DNA of 64,000 nt from Gemmatimonadota bacterium (GTDB taxonomy: Bacteria > Gemmatimonadota > Gemmatimonadetes > Longimicrobiales > Gaopeijiaceae): NCBI GenBank assembly GCA_041688945.1, contig JBDNHE010000037.1:28952-92951 (forward strand), read 5' to 3'. Position numbers and translations under genes: made by a program. Below, piece by piece: positions 1 through 9,515 of this stretch. Each line of letters starts with the position of its first letter. The stretch's first letter is position 1. Under the pieces are notes generated by a model that was given only the letters and a program-made list of their open reading frames with translations, did not search any database and was not told where the DNA came from.

Positions 1-856
1 GATAGCGGGGTTCCCAGCCGGGACTCCACGAGATCAGTGTTGCGCTACCGCGATCCGGATCCACCTCGACCACGGTGCTGCGGCTGTCGTCAGCGGTAAA
101 TCCATCGTCGGGAATTGCGACCGAGACTCGGAGGGGGAGGTGGCGCATCCCCTCGGGGGCCGAGAAGGTGACCGGGATCGCAATGCGTCCCCGGTCGCCC
201 ATGATCGCCAGCGACTGGCTCAGCACAGTGTCGGTGCCGACCACAAGCGTCAGCTGACCGGAGCTGCCCTCCGCCCCTTCATGAACCAGCTCGACCGTGC
301 CCTCGACCGGTTCGCCTCCTTTTGCCCCCTCGGCAAACGTCAGAGACGCGACGCCGGCGTTGCGCACCCCACCCCCGACATCCACCCAGCGGAAGTCGAC
401 CGGAGCCCGCGCCAGAAGGGCCCGAAGTTCGACCCCGTCTTCCACCCGACCATCCGAGACCAGGGTCACCGAACGGGCGCCGGACTCGACGGCGCGCGAC
501 ACGGCGTTCAGTACTCGGGACGACCCGCCGGAATTCGCCTCATCAGCGTCGGTGTTGGCGATCACCTCGCTGCCGACGATCTCACGCCCCGCTCGCGCTT
601 CGGGCGTCTCACCGGAGGTCAGGAGCGCGGTCATGCTGGGGGAGGTGTCCAGCACCCACCAGTCTCGTGCGGCCGAAGCCGTGCCCCGGAGCTCTGGATT
701 CAGGAGCAAGAGCAGCACCAGGGTCAACGCAAAGACGCGAAGGGTGGCCAGGCGGCCTCTCCCTGGTACCGGAAGTTCCCGGCGGCGATAGATCCAGAGC
801 GTGTAAGCGAGGGCGGCGCCGATTGCGACCAGCACCAGGAGTGCGGCAGGACTCAC
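1..856 (-). CDS. Membrane-anchored VWA-domain protein, 3' end runs off the window
   Basis: Not in the ORF track because it has no stop in the window. Manual translation from GTG at 856 (GTGA overlap with the M23 stop) gives two N-terminal hydrophobic helices, MIDAS-like VLDTSPSM and VTLVSDG. Confidence 0.7.
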   Translation of the reverse strand, partial: MSPAALLVLVAIGAALAYTLWIYRRRELPVPGRGRLATLRVFALTLVLLLLLNPELRGTASAARDWWVLDTSPSMTALLTSGETPEARAGREIVGSEVIANTDADEANSGGSSRVLNAVSRAVESGARSVTLVSDGRVEDGVELRALLARAPVDFRWVDVGGGVRNAGVASLTFAEGAKGGEPVEGTVELVHEGAEGSSGQLTLVVGTDTVLSQSLAIMGDRGRIAIPVTFSAPEGMRHLPLRVSVAIPDDGFTADDSRSTVVEVDPDRGSATLISWSPGWEPRY

Positions 857-2142
857 TCTGGCTTTTGTGCTCCGCCCTCGGTGGCTTCCTGGTCCGCGAA
901 GCGGGCCAGCCCCGGCGGGGGCAGCCGCCCCAGCAGGGCAACGCGTGGCGTCATCTGGGCAAGCCAGTCGCCACGCCGATCAGACGGCACGGGATCTCCG
1001 GTCGGGATATCCACGGAGAGTGGGTCCACGTGCCGGCCACTCCGGACCATCTCGTAATGCAGGTGATTGCCGGTGGCCAACCCGGTCATGCCGACGAACC
1101 CGATCGTCTGTCCCTGACGGACGCGAGTGCCGACTACGATCCCCGATGCAAACGCCCGCATGTGGCCATAGCGCGTCACGAACCCGTTGGCATGCCGGAT
1201 CTCGATGGCGTTACCAAGGCCACCATTGGGCCCCCGCTTGACCACCACGCCGTCCGCCGTCGCCATGATCGGCGTCCCGGCATCCGCCGCGTAGTCGATG
1301 CCCCTGTGAGCCCGCACCGTGTTCAGCACAGGGTGCCGGCGGTTCGGATTGAACCGGGACGAAATTCGCCTGAACTCGAGCGGCTTGAGCAGGAAGGCTC
1401 GTCGCACGGAATTGCCCTCAATGTCGTAGTAGGACCCGTCGCCATCCTCGTTGGGGTCGAACCAGATGGCGTGAAAGGGGATGCCTACATTCACGAACTC
1501 GGCTGCAACGATATGCCCCGCCTTCATGGAGCCGTCCGGTCGAAACTGTCGCTCGAAGGCGACCCGGTAGTAGTCCCCACGCTGAATCTGACGGGTGAAG
1601 TCGAGCTGCCATTGAAAGACCCGGTCCAGGTGATCGACCAAAGCGGCGCGGTCACCCATCGGCAGATCCTGCAGCTGCTCGTTCTCGACCATCGAGTACC
1701 AGAGAGAATTCTCGATCTCACCGGCAAAAAAGATGGTGTCGACGTAAACCGGGGTCGTGACCAGCGAGGAGCGCCACATTGGCCCGTCCCGGGTCAGGCG
1801 CACCGTCTCATCCGGATTGAGCGCGACGTCCAGTCCCCTGAGCACGTCGTCACCCACGTAGCGCAGGGTGATTTCGGTGTTGGCTCGGATCCGTCGGGGT
1901 GACGCCTGCTCGCGGAAGGCCATGAGCACGGCCTGCTGTTCGGAGAACCCGATCGCCGATTCAAGGATCCCGCCAAGCGTCTGTCCAGCCCGCAACGCCT
2001 GAATCTCCAGGCGCTCGGCTGGTGCGGCATAGACGACGTCGATCTCCCCGACATCAGGAGCCTCGCCTCCGCATGCCGCGAAGCCGATCGCCAGCGCGGC
2101 GCCAAACGCCACACGCAGATGTCTGTGAGTCTTCCGAGTCAT
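853..2142 (-). CDS. M23 family peptidoglycan DD-endopeptidase (MepM-like), probable lipoprotein
   Basis: HRGIDY (HxxxD) and HLHYE (HxH) zinc motifs; lipobox-like FAAC. Confidence 0.9.
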   Translation of the reverse strand: MTRKTHRHLRVAFGAALAIGFAACGGEAPDVGEIDVVYAAPAERLEIQALRAGQTLGGILESAIGFSEQQAVLMAFREQASPRRIRANTEITLRYVGDDVLRGLDVALNPDETVRLTRDGPMWRSSLVTTPVYVDTIFFAGEIENSLWYSMVENEQLQDLPMGDRAALVDHLDRVFQWQLDFTRQIQRGDYYRVAFERQFRPDGSMKAGHIVAAEFVNVGIPFHAIWFDPNEDGDGSYYDIEGNSVRRAFLLKPLEFRRISSRFNPNRRHPVLNTVRAHRGIDYAADAGTPIMATADGVVVKRGPNGGLGNAIEIRHANGFVTRYGHMRAFASGIVVGTRVRQGQTIGFVGMTGLATGNHLHYEMVRSGRHVDPLSVDIPTGDPVPSDRRGDWLAQMTPRVALLGRLPPPGLARFADQEATEGGAQKPE

Positions 2143-2239
2143 TCGTTCTCCGTCAGGCGTACACGTTCGCGAGCATCCCCAACTCTACCACCGTCGCCCT
2201 GCGCGGGATCCATTCCCGGAACGCTGAGCTACATCCCTG

Positions 2240-2278
2240 AAAGATAGGGAGGGATGGGGCCGAAACCCCACCCCCCCG
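2240..2278 (-). terminator. Probable intrinsic terminator after ftsZ
   Basis: Minus strand GGGGGGGTGGGG-TTTCG-GCCCCATCCCTCCC followed by TATCTTT. Confidence 0.5.
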
Positions 2279-2300
2279 AATCTGGCGGCCCTGTTCGGCG

Positions 2301-3554
2301 TCAGTCCATCTGCCGACGAATGAAAGTCGGAATGTCCAGATCGCCTACCGAACGCGAAGATACGGGCCGCGACGGCATGCGCGACAGCGGCGTCACCGGG
2401 GGAACCGGAATCGACCCGCCTCCGCCAATGGCGACCTGCTTCTGCATCTCGGGCTTCATCTCCATCTGCGGCCGAATGTGACCCTCGGCTTCGTTTCTGG
2501 ACTCCTTCGACTCGGTCTTGCGGGAGTTCGGCCCGACCCGGCCCTGCGTCATCGGGCGACGAAAGTCAGGCCGGAGCACCTCACGCTCCTCTTCGGAGTC
2601 AAAGCCGGTCGCGATCACCGTAACGCGGATTCTCCCATCGAGCGCCGGATCGTGCACGGCGCCGAAGATGATCTCTGCGTCGTCGCCGGCCTCTTCCTGA
2701 ATGATGGTCGCGATCTCCGTGACCTCGTCGATCGCCAGGTCCATGCCGCCGGTGATGTTGATGAGCACACCCTTGGCGCCGTTGATCGAGACGTTGTCCA
2801 GAAGCGGCGAGGAGATGGCTTCCTGCGCGGCTTCCTGCGCCCGATTGTCACCCTCGCCGAAGCCAGAGCCCATGAGGGCCGGTCCGCGGCTGGACATGAT
2901 CGTGCGCACGTCGGCGAAGTCGACGGTGGCCTCACCACTGACGCGAATCAGGTCGGGGATGCCCTGCGTGGCGTGCAGCAGGACTTCGTCGGCCTTCTTG
3001 AGGGCGTCTTTGAAGGTCGTCCCCTTGGGCACCACCGAGAGCAGCCGGTCGTTCGGCACCACGATCACGGTGTCGACGGCGCGGCGCAGTTCGGCGAGCC
3101 CCTGCTCACCCTGGCGTCCCCGCTTCTTGCCTTCGAAGGAGAACGGCTTGGTCACGATGCCGATGGTCAGTGCTCCCATCTCACGGGCGATGTCCGCAAT
3201 GATTGGGGCTGCGCCCGTTCCGGTCCCGCCGCCCATTCCGGCGGTGATGAAGACCAGGTCGGCGCCCTCGAGCACCTTGCGAATTTCTTCCTCGCTCTCG
3301 TGAACTGCCTGACGGCCGATCTCGGGGCGAGCACCCGCACCCAGTCCACGGGTGAGCTTCTTGCCGATCTGCATGGTGACCTGCGCGCAGGAGCTCTTGA
3401 GGGCCTGTGCATCGGTGTTCATGGAGATGAACTCGACGCCTTCGAGCTCCTCGTCGATCATGCGGTTGACGGCGTTGCCACCGGCGCCACCTACACCGAT
3501 GACCTTCATCTTCGCGTTCTGGGCCGGAGTCTCTTCGAACTCGAAAATCATCAT
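2301..3554 (-). CDS. ftsZ: Cell division protein FtsZ
   Basis: [11 protein letters not shown], tubulin signature [10 protein letters not shown]-terminal [10 protein letters not shown]. Confidence 0.99.
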   Translation of the reverse strand: MMIFEFEETPAQNAKMKVIGVGGAGGNAVNRMIDEELEGVEFISMNTDAQALKSSCAQVTMQIGKKLTRGLGAGARPEIGRQAVHESEEEIRKVLEGADLVFITAGMGGGTGTGAAPIIADIAREMGALTIGIVTKPFSFEGKKRGRQGEQGLAELRRAVDTVIVVPNDRLLSVVPKGTTFKDALKKADEVLLHATQGIPDLIRVSGEATVDFADVRTIMSSRGPALMGSGFGEGDNRAQEAAQEAISSPLLDNVSINGAKGVLINITGGMDLAIDEVTEIATIIQEEAGDDAEIIFGAVHDPALDGRIRVTVIATGFDSEEEREVLRPDFRRPMTQGRVGPNSRKTESKESRNEAEGHIRPQMEMKPEMQKQVAIGGGGSIPVPPVTPLSRMPSRPVSSRSVGDLDIPTFIRRQMD

Positions 3555-3752
3555 TGGTCTGTTCCTCTTGTCGTGCGGGTCGTGTGCTGTTCTGTGCGGT
3601 TGTTTTGGTCCGGGCGCCTCATGGAGGGCCTCTCATGCGGCGGACCGGTGGATCCGGGCCCCCGGGGGGTCCTCGATCAGGGAGTTCCCTTCTGGCCCTC
3701 TGGCGCTCCCAACGCGCCTCGCCCCACTTCTTCAACAGCCTTCTGGTGTGCA

Positions 3753-4985
3753 TCAGAAGAACTCCTTGATCCAGGCTGTGATCTTGGTCATGACGCCGGA
3801 GGTCAGGGTCGACGACCCTTCTCCGGTTTCGGCAAAGCGCTCGCTTCCCCACAGAGCCAGACCGGCACCGGCGGCGAAGCGCGGGCGAGCGACCGAGTCG
3901 GCCAGCCCGGAGAGTCCCTCCGAGGGCACCCCCAGACGGACCGGCGCGGCAAACACCTGTTGAGCCAACTCGACCAGACCGGGCATGGCGGCTGCCCCGC
4001 CGGTCAGGACGATGCCAGCACCCAGCTTGTCGGACAGGTCGTGGTCGTCGATCTCTTTCTGCACCAGGCTGAAGAGCTCATCGAGACGCTGTTCGGCGAT
4101 GTGTGCGATCAACTCGCGGGCCACGTGTCGGGTCTGACCCGGAGCAGGCCCCGGGACCTCGACCGTTTCCTGCGGATCGACGAACTGAGCCGAGGCGGCG
4201 CCAAACTGTTCCTTGGCCTTCTGGGCCTCGTGGAACGGGATCGACAGTCCCTTGACCAGATCCTGCGTGACCGTCTGTCCCCCTATGGGAATGACGGCCA
4301 CATGCCGGATCTTCCCTTCGTAATAGATGGCCACGTCCGTCGTGGTGCCGCCGACTTCAACCATGGCGGCGCCGACTTCTTTTTCGTCCTCGGTCAGGAC
4401 GGCGCGGGCCGTAGCCACGGCTTCGAGAACAACCTCCTGAACGCCGTATCCTGCCCGGGTCACGGCCTTGCGGATGTTTCCGGCGGCGGTGCTTGAGCAG
4501 GTGATCAGGTAGACCTCGGCCTCCAGCCGTGTGCCGTTCATCCCGACCGGGTCCTTGATGCCCCGTTGATGGTCGACCGAGTACTCGGTCGGAATCGCGT
4601 GCAGCATCTCCGTGTCGGGGGTCAGTGCTACCGCACGGGCGACTTCATGCACCCGGTTCACATCGCCCGGCGTGATTTCGTCGTCCTGCACCGCGACCAC
4701 GCCCATCGAGGACCAGGCGCGGACGTGCTCGCCCGAAAGTCCGACGTAGACCCGATCGACCTCGACCCCGGCCATCAGTTCGGCCTCCTGGATCGCGGCC
4801 CGGATCGACTCCGTTGTCTCCTCCAGATTGGTCACACGCTCGCCACGGACCCCAGCCGTACGCGCCTGTCCGACGCCCAGGATCTTCAATCCGGGGTTTC
4901 GGCGCGGCTCGCCAGTCAGTTCACCGATCACCGCCACCGTCTTGGTGGTACCGATGTCGAGTCCTGCGATCAGATTCGGACGCAT
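3753..4985 (-). CDS. ftsA: Cell division protein FtsA
   Basis: GLDIGTTK actin-like motif, GGTTTDVA, VLTGGAA; position upstream of ftsZ; start taken at MRPNL. Confidence 0.97.
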   Translation of the reverse strand: MRPNLIAGLDIGTTKTVAVIGELTGEPRRNPGLKILGVGQARTAGVRGERVTNLEETTESIRAAIQEAELMAGVEVDRVYVGLSGEHVRAWSSMGVVAVQDDEITPGDVNRVHEVARAVALTPDTEMLHAIPTEYSVDHQRGIKDPVGMNGTRLEAEVYLITCSSTAAGNIRKAVTRAGYGVQEVVLEAVATARAVLTEDEKEVGAAMVEVGGTTTDVAIYYEGKIRHVAVIPIGGQTVTQDLVKGLSIPFHEAQKAKEQFGAASAQFVDPQETVEVPGPAPGQTRHVARELIAHIAEQRLDELFSLVQKEIDDHDLSDKLGAGIVLTGGAAAMPGLVELAQQVFAAPVRLGVPSEGLSGLADSVARPRFAAGAGLALWGSERFAETGEGSSTLTSGVMTKITAWIKEFF

Positions 4986-4999
4986 GCGGGGGCTACCTC

Positions 5000-5734
5000 T
5001 CAACTTCCGCGGTACCGGACCACAACCTGGTCCTGGTATCGGAGATCAACGGTTCGGGGAGTACGGACGGAATCAGCCGCGATGGCGTGGCCCAGCACGG
5101 ACACGGCTTCGCGAAGGCGGTACGGTTCGATTTCGAGCGGAAAGCGGAAGAGCACGGCCGGGTCACCCCAGGTCGCCTCGATGCCGTCTCGCGCGATGGT
5201 CAGGTCGGAGAGGCGGGCCCAGAAGGTCGGGTCGGACTGCATGCGCTCGGCCACCCTGGCCAGCGGGCGAATGCGGGCCGCGCTGGGCGGTCGCCCTTCC
5301 TGGGCCGGATCCTCGGGGAGGCGGATGATGGGCAGATCGAGTGGCACCACGGCCGGATCGACCGGGAGGCGCCGTCCTTCTCTGTCCACAGGCTCCAGGG
5401 TAGGCATGGCGACCAGCGCGACAGCCTCACGCTCCCGGATCCGGATCTTGAGTGTGCCGGGCAGAAGCCGCTCAATGCTGGCCTCAAGAATCAGCGGATG
5501 CTCCTGCAGATGGCTTTCCCAGTCGCTGAAGTCATCCCATACGCTGGCGCTGTCGGAAATGCCGGCGATCTGAATGACCTGTGCGTGGGTCAGATAGCGC
5601 CGACCCTCGACCTCGGTCCCGACCACGTCGAAGGTGGCCATGTGGGTCAGAAGTGACGGCACAAACGTGACGCCCCACGCCAGCAGTGTGACGAGGGTGA
5701 CACCCAGCAGCATGCGGATCTCGAGTCTAGGCAT
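5000..5734 (-). CDS. ftsQ: Cell division protein FtsQ/DivIB
   Basis: N-terminal TM, POTRA-like segment (LPGTLKIRIRER), C-terminal VDLRYQDQVVVR. Confidence 0.9.
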   Translation of the reverse strand: MPRLEIRMLLGVTLVTLLAWGVTFVPSLLTHMATFDVVGTEVEGRRYLTHAQVIQIAGISDSASVWDDFSDWESHLQEHPLILEASIERLLPGTLKIRIREREAVALVAMPTLEPVDREGRRLPVDPAVVPLDLPIIRLPEDPAQEGRPPSAARIRPLARVAERMQSDPTFWARLSDLTIARDGIEATWGDPAVLFRFPLEIEPYRLREAVSVLGHAIAADSVRTPRTVDLRYQDQVVVRYRGS

Positions 5735-7121
5735 GGATCGGCGCCCCCAGTCTCGAGAGCAGGGCCGGAGCAACCTGTTCGATCGACCCAGCGCCCATCG
5801 TCACTACCACGTCGCCCGCGGCGACCTGCGACGACATCGCCTCCGCCAGCCCGGTGACATCGGCATGGCGGCGGATCGGCGTGCCCCTGGCTTCAACGAC
5901 CCGGGCAATCAGCTCGCTGTCGACACCCGTGATCGGAGCCTCGCGTGCCGGGAAGATCTCGGTGATCCAGACCTCATCCGCTGCGGAGAGCGTGTCACCG
6001 AACTGGTCGGCGAAATCACGCGTACGCGTATAGAGATGCGGCTGGAACGCCACGATCAGGCGGCGCCCCGGAAAGGCATCACGGGCAGCCGAAAGGGTGG
6101 CGGCGACTTCCGTGGGATGGTGAGCGTAGTCGTCGACCACGGTCACTCCGGCGCCCTCTCCCAGAATCTGGAAACGGCGGCCCACACCCTGGAACGAAGC
6201 CCAGCCCGCGCGGATGGCGGTCCAGCTCACACCGAGGTGCCGGGCGACAGCTGCAGCCGCGAGCGCGTTGCGCAGGTTGTGCAACCCGGGCATCGGCAGC
6301 CAAGCATCACCCAGGTCGTTGCCCTGTTCGATGACGCGACAATTCGTGCCAGTCCCCTCTGATGAAACGTCGACCGCGCGCAGCTGGCTGCCCGCCGAGG
6401 TGCCGTAGGTGTATCCGGCGTCGCCGACCGAAGCCAGCAGAGCCGATGCTCCCGCGTCGTCCGCGCAGATCACCACCCGGCCACCCGGGCGCAGGGCGCT
6501 CAGGAAGATCTCGAATGCCTCGCGGACGCCGGCCAGGTCGCCGTAGATGTCCAGATGGTCAGCCTCGAGGTTCGTGACCACGGCCACATCCGGCTCCAGC
6601 GTGTGGAAGGAGCGGTCATACTCGTCGGCTTCGACCACGTACAGGTCGCCGCCCCGGCGGAGATTGCCACCCCATGCCGCCACCGAGCCGCCCACGAAAC
6701 CGGTCGGATCCTGCCCGCCCTCATCCAGGAGGCGGACCGTCATGGCCGTCGTGCTCGTCTTTCCGTGTGTGCCTGCGATCGCCACGACCCTGCCCGTGTT
6801 CACCACGGCACCGAGTGCCTCGGCCCGCTTGAGGACGGGAACGCCCTGTTCGTGGGCCGCAACCAGTTCCGGATGGTCGTTCGGGACCGCCGCTGTGCAT
6901 ACCAGGGCAGCCAGCCCTTTCACGTGAGCGGCATCGTGTCCGGTGAAGATCTCGGCTCCGAGCGACTGAAGGTGCTTGACCGATTCGCCCATCTTGAGGT
7001 CGCAGCCGCTGACGCTTCCGCCTTCCCTGATCATGAGTTCGGCCAGGGCACACATTCCGGCGCCGCCGATTCCCATGAAATGGATGCGGCCCTCGAGGGT
7101 GCGCAGGTCGATGCGGCTCAT
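5727..7121 (-). CDS. murC: UDP-N-acetylmuramate--L-alanine ligase
   Basis: HFMGIGGAGM, AGTHGKTSTT, EADEYDRSF, DDYAHHPTEV, FQPHLYTRT. Confidence 0.98.
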   Translation of the reverse strand: MSRIDLRTLEGRIHFMGIGGAGMCALAELMIREGGSVSGCDLKMGESVKHLQSLGAEIFTGHDAAHVKGLAALVCTAAVPNDHPELVAAHEQGVPVLKRAEALGAVVNTGRVVAIAGTHGKTSTTAMTVRLLDEGGQDPTGFVGGSVAAWGGNLRRGGDLYVVEADEYDRSFHTLEPDVAVVTNLEADHLDIYGDLAGVREAFEIFLSALRPGGRVVICADDAGASALLASVGDAGYTYGTSAGSQLRAVDVSSEGTGTNCRVIEQGNDLGDAWLPMPGLHNLRNALAAAAVARHLGVSWTAIRAGWASFQGVGRRFQILGEGAGVTVVDDYAHHPTEVAATLSAARDAFPGRRLIVAFQPHLYTRTRDFADQFGDTLSAADEVWITEIFPAREAPITGVDSELIARVVEARGTPIRRHADVTGLAEAMSSQVAAGDVVVTMGAGSIEQVAPALLSRLGAPIHA

Positions 7122-8272
7122 GCGGCCCTCCCGTTTATGTGGGGGACCGACGGCAGCAATTCGGCGAGTGCACGTGCGACGTGGTGGGCGGCCTGGGGGC
7201 GAGCCCGGTTCAGGGCGGCGGCCCTATAAGACGCCAGTCGACCGGGGTCCGCCATCAGCCCGGCGATCGCACCGGCCAGACGGACACCAGTCAGGTCGGG
7301 CTCGGCCACGAACTCGGCACAGCCAGCGTCGGCCAGTGCCCGGGCATTTTGCGTCTGGTGGTCGGCGGCCGCAGTCGGCAGCGGGACCAGAATCGCCGGC
7401 AGCCCCCACGACAGGAACTCCGACGTGGCCATGGCCCCGGCCCGGCTCACGGCCAGGGCGGCCAGAGCGAGGGCAGAGGGCATGTCGTCGATGAAGCCCC
7501 GCAGATGCACCCATTCGGGCGACCCGGCGGCCCGCCAGGCCTCCGTCATCGCTTCTTCGTGTCGCAGCCCGGTGCCCCAGAGCAGCTGATAGCCGGACGC
7601 CTCATTCAGCGAAGAGATCATGGAGACGACGGCTGCGTTCAACGCCGCAGATCCCTGGCTGCCACCTACGATCAGCACCACCGGGAGTTCGGCGTGGAGT
7701 CCGAAGGTTTCGCGAGCGGCCGCAGCGTCCACCTGAACCGGCGGTGCGATCGGGTTGCCGCTCACCGAAGACTTCGGCCGCGCTCCGGCCGGCAGCTTGT
7801 CGAGGGCTTCCGGAAAGGCGACATGCACCTGACGGGCAAACCGTGAGAGCATCCGGGTAACGAGTCCCGGATGCGCGTTCTGCTCCTGAATGGCCAGCGG
7901 CGTCCCGGAGAGCACGGCGACCAGGCCGGCCGGGGCGCTCGCGTACCCGCCGGTCAACACGACCAGGCGAGGACGCAGTTCCGCGAACAGGTCCAGTGCC
8001 CCGCACAGAGACCGGATCAGAGCCGGAATCACACCGACGTTGGCAAGCACACCTTTACCCCGGTGGATTCCACGAATCGGCAGCAGGGTGTGGGGCAGCC
8101 CTCGAGCGGGAAGCACGCGCGCCTCAATGCCGCGGCGTGCGCCCAGGAACCAGGGCTGCACGTCAGGGCGCGCCTCGGTCAGCGCGTTGGCAATCGCGAT
8201 GGCTGGGTAGAGGTGGCCGCCGGTTCCACCGCCGGCAAAGATCACCGGGATCTGGAGGCTCGAATCAGCCAT
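7118..8272 (-). CDS. murG: Lipid II GlcNAc transferase MurG
   Basis: GGGTGGHLYPA, EQNAHPG, GGSQGS, SRAGA, HQTQNA. Confidence 0.98.
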   Translation of the reverse strand: MADSSLQIPVIFAGGGTGGHLYPAIAIANALTEARPDVQPWFLGARRGIEARVLPARGLPHTLLPIRGIHRGKGVLANVGVIPALIRSLCGALDLFAELRPRLVVLTGGYASAPAGLVAVLSGTPLAIQEQNAHPGLVTRMLSRFARQVHVAFPEALDKLPAGARPKSSVSGNPIAPPVQVDAAAARETFGLHAELPVVLIVGGSQGSAALNAAVVSMISSLNEASGYQLLWGTGLRHEEAMTEAWRAAGSPEWVHLRGFIDDMPSALALAALAVSRAGAMATSEFLSWGLPAILVPLPTAAADHQTQNARALADAGCAEFVAEPDLTGVRLAGAIAGLMADPGRLASYRAAALNRARPQAAHHVARALAELLPSVPHINGRAA

Positions 8273-9515
8273 GTGCCCCCCTCGGCTTGATCTTCATGCC
8301 AAACCGTTCGGCCAGGGTCAGGTCATCGGCCCGCCCCCGTTCGCGCACCTCGTCACTCCAGTCCTCATCGGTTTCACGCGCGATGGCCATCAGGATGCCG
8401 ATGCAGGCGAGCGTGACCAGCAGGTTGGAACGACCGTACGAGACCAGCGGAAGCGCCAGCCCGGTGGTCGGGACCAGCCCGAGTCCCACCATCATGTGCA
8501 GCGTGGCCTGAAGTGCGATCAGGTTGGTGACGCCGAGCGCCAGCAGTTGACCGAACAGATCCGGCGCGCGGCGCGCAATCCGGTAGCCGATCAGGACCAG
8601 CCCCAGGAAAAGGGCGAGGACGAAGATGACGCCGATCAGCCCCCATTCCTCGCCGATCAGGGCGAAGATGAAGTCGTTGTGAGGCTCCGGCAGGAAGCCG
8701 TACTTCTGCTGCCCTTGTCCGAAGCCCTGCCCGGTGAGGCCACCGGATCCGACGGCGATCATCGACTGCTTGACCTGGAACCCGGCGCCGGACGGATCCG
8801 CCAGCGGATTCAGGAACGCCGTCATCCGCTCTGCCCGGAACCCCACCCCCAGTTGCGCCTTCAGAACCGGAGCGACCAGCAGCCCAAGGAACACGAAGTG
8901 TCCGATGCGGGCACCGGCGGCAAACACGGTGAGTGCGCCCAGCAGGCCGATCAGGACCGCGGTCGACAGATCCGGCTCCAGCGCGATCGGGACCAGGAGC
9001 AGCGCCCAGACCACCATGAAGGGAGCCAATCCTTTTGACATGCTGTTGAACTGGTCCCGCTTCTTGACCGCCATCATCGCGGTCCAGATCACCATCGAGA
9101 CCTTGGCGAACTCCGAGGGCTGAATGGTGATTCCGATCTGGAGCCAGCGGCGCGCGCCCTTGATCTCCGGCGCGATCGCCTCGGTGCCGGGCAGGATGAT
9201 TAGCACCAGCAGCGCGATCGTGAACCAGACGATCGGCCAGGCCATCCGCTCCCACATCCGGTACGGGATCCGGGCACAGATCACCAGCGCCACCAGCCCA
9301 ACCGCCGCTCCAGTCGCCTGACGGACCACAAAGAACCAGTCCGGCAGTCCCTGACGGGTGGCTAGAAAGGACGAAGCCGAGTAGAGCGAGACCAGGCCGA
9401 AGCCCAGCAGCGTGAGCGTCAGCGCCATCAGGCCGGCGGGCTCCCAGCCACGACGCCAGCCGAGGTCGGGGAGCTCCAGTCCGGAAAGTGCCAGGTCCAT
9501 GGGGCGACGAGCCAT
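8265..9515 (-). CDS. ftsW: SEDS peptidoglycan polymerase FtsW
   Basis: GARRW, QPSEFAK, LPEPHNDFIFALIGEEWG, many TM helices, dcw position. Confidence 0.97.
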   Translation of the reverse strand: MARRPMDLALSGLELPDLGWRRGWEPAGLMALTLTLLGFGLVSLYSASSFLATRQGLPDWFFVVRQATGAAVGLVALVICARIPYRMWERMAWPIVWFTIALLVLIILPGTEAIAPEIKGARRWLQIGITIQPSEFAKVSMVIWTAMMAVKKRDQFNSMSKGLAPFMVVWALLLVPIALEPDLSTAVLIGLLGALTVFAAGARIGHFVFLGLLVAPVLKAQLGVGFRAERMTAFLNPLADPSGAGFQVKQSMIAVGSGGLTGQGFGQGQQKYGFLPEPHNDFIFALIGEEWGLIGVIFVLALFLGLVLIGYRIARRAPDLFGQLLALGVTNLIALQATLHMMVGLGLVPTTGLALPLVSYGRSNLLVTLACIGILMAIARETDEDWSDEVRERGRADDLTLAERFGMKIKPRGAHG

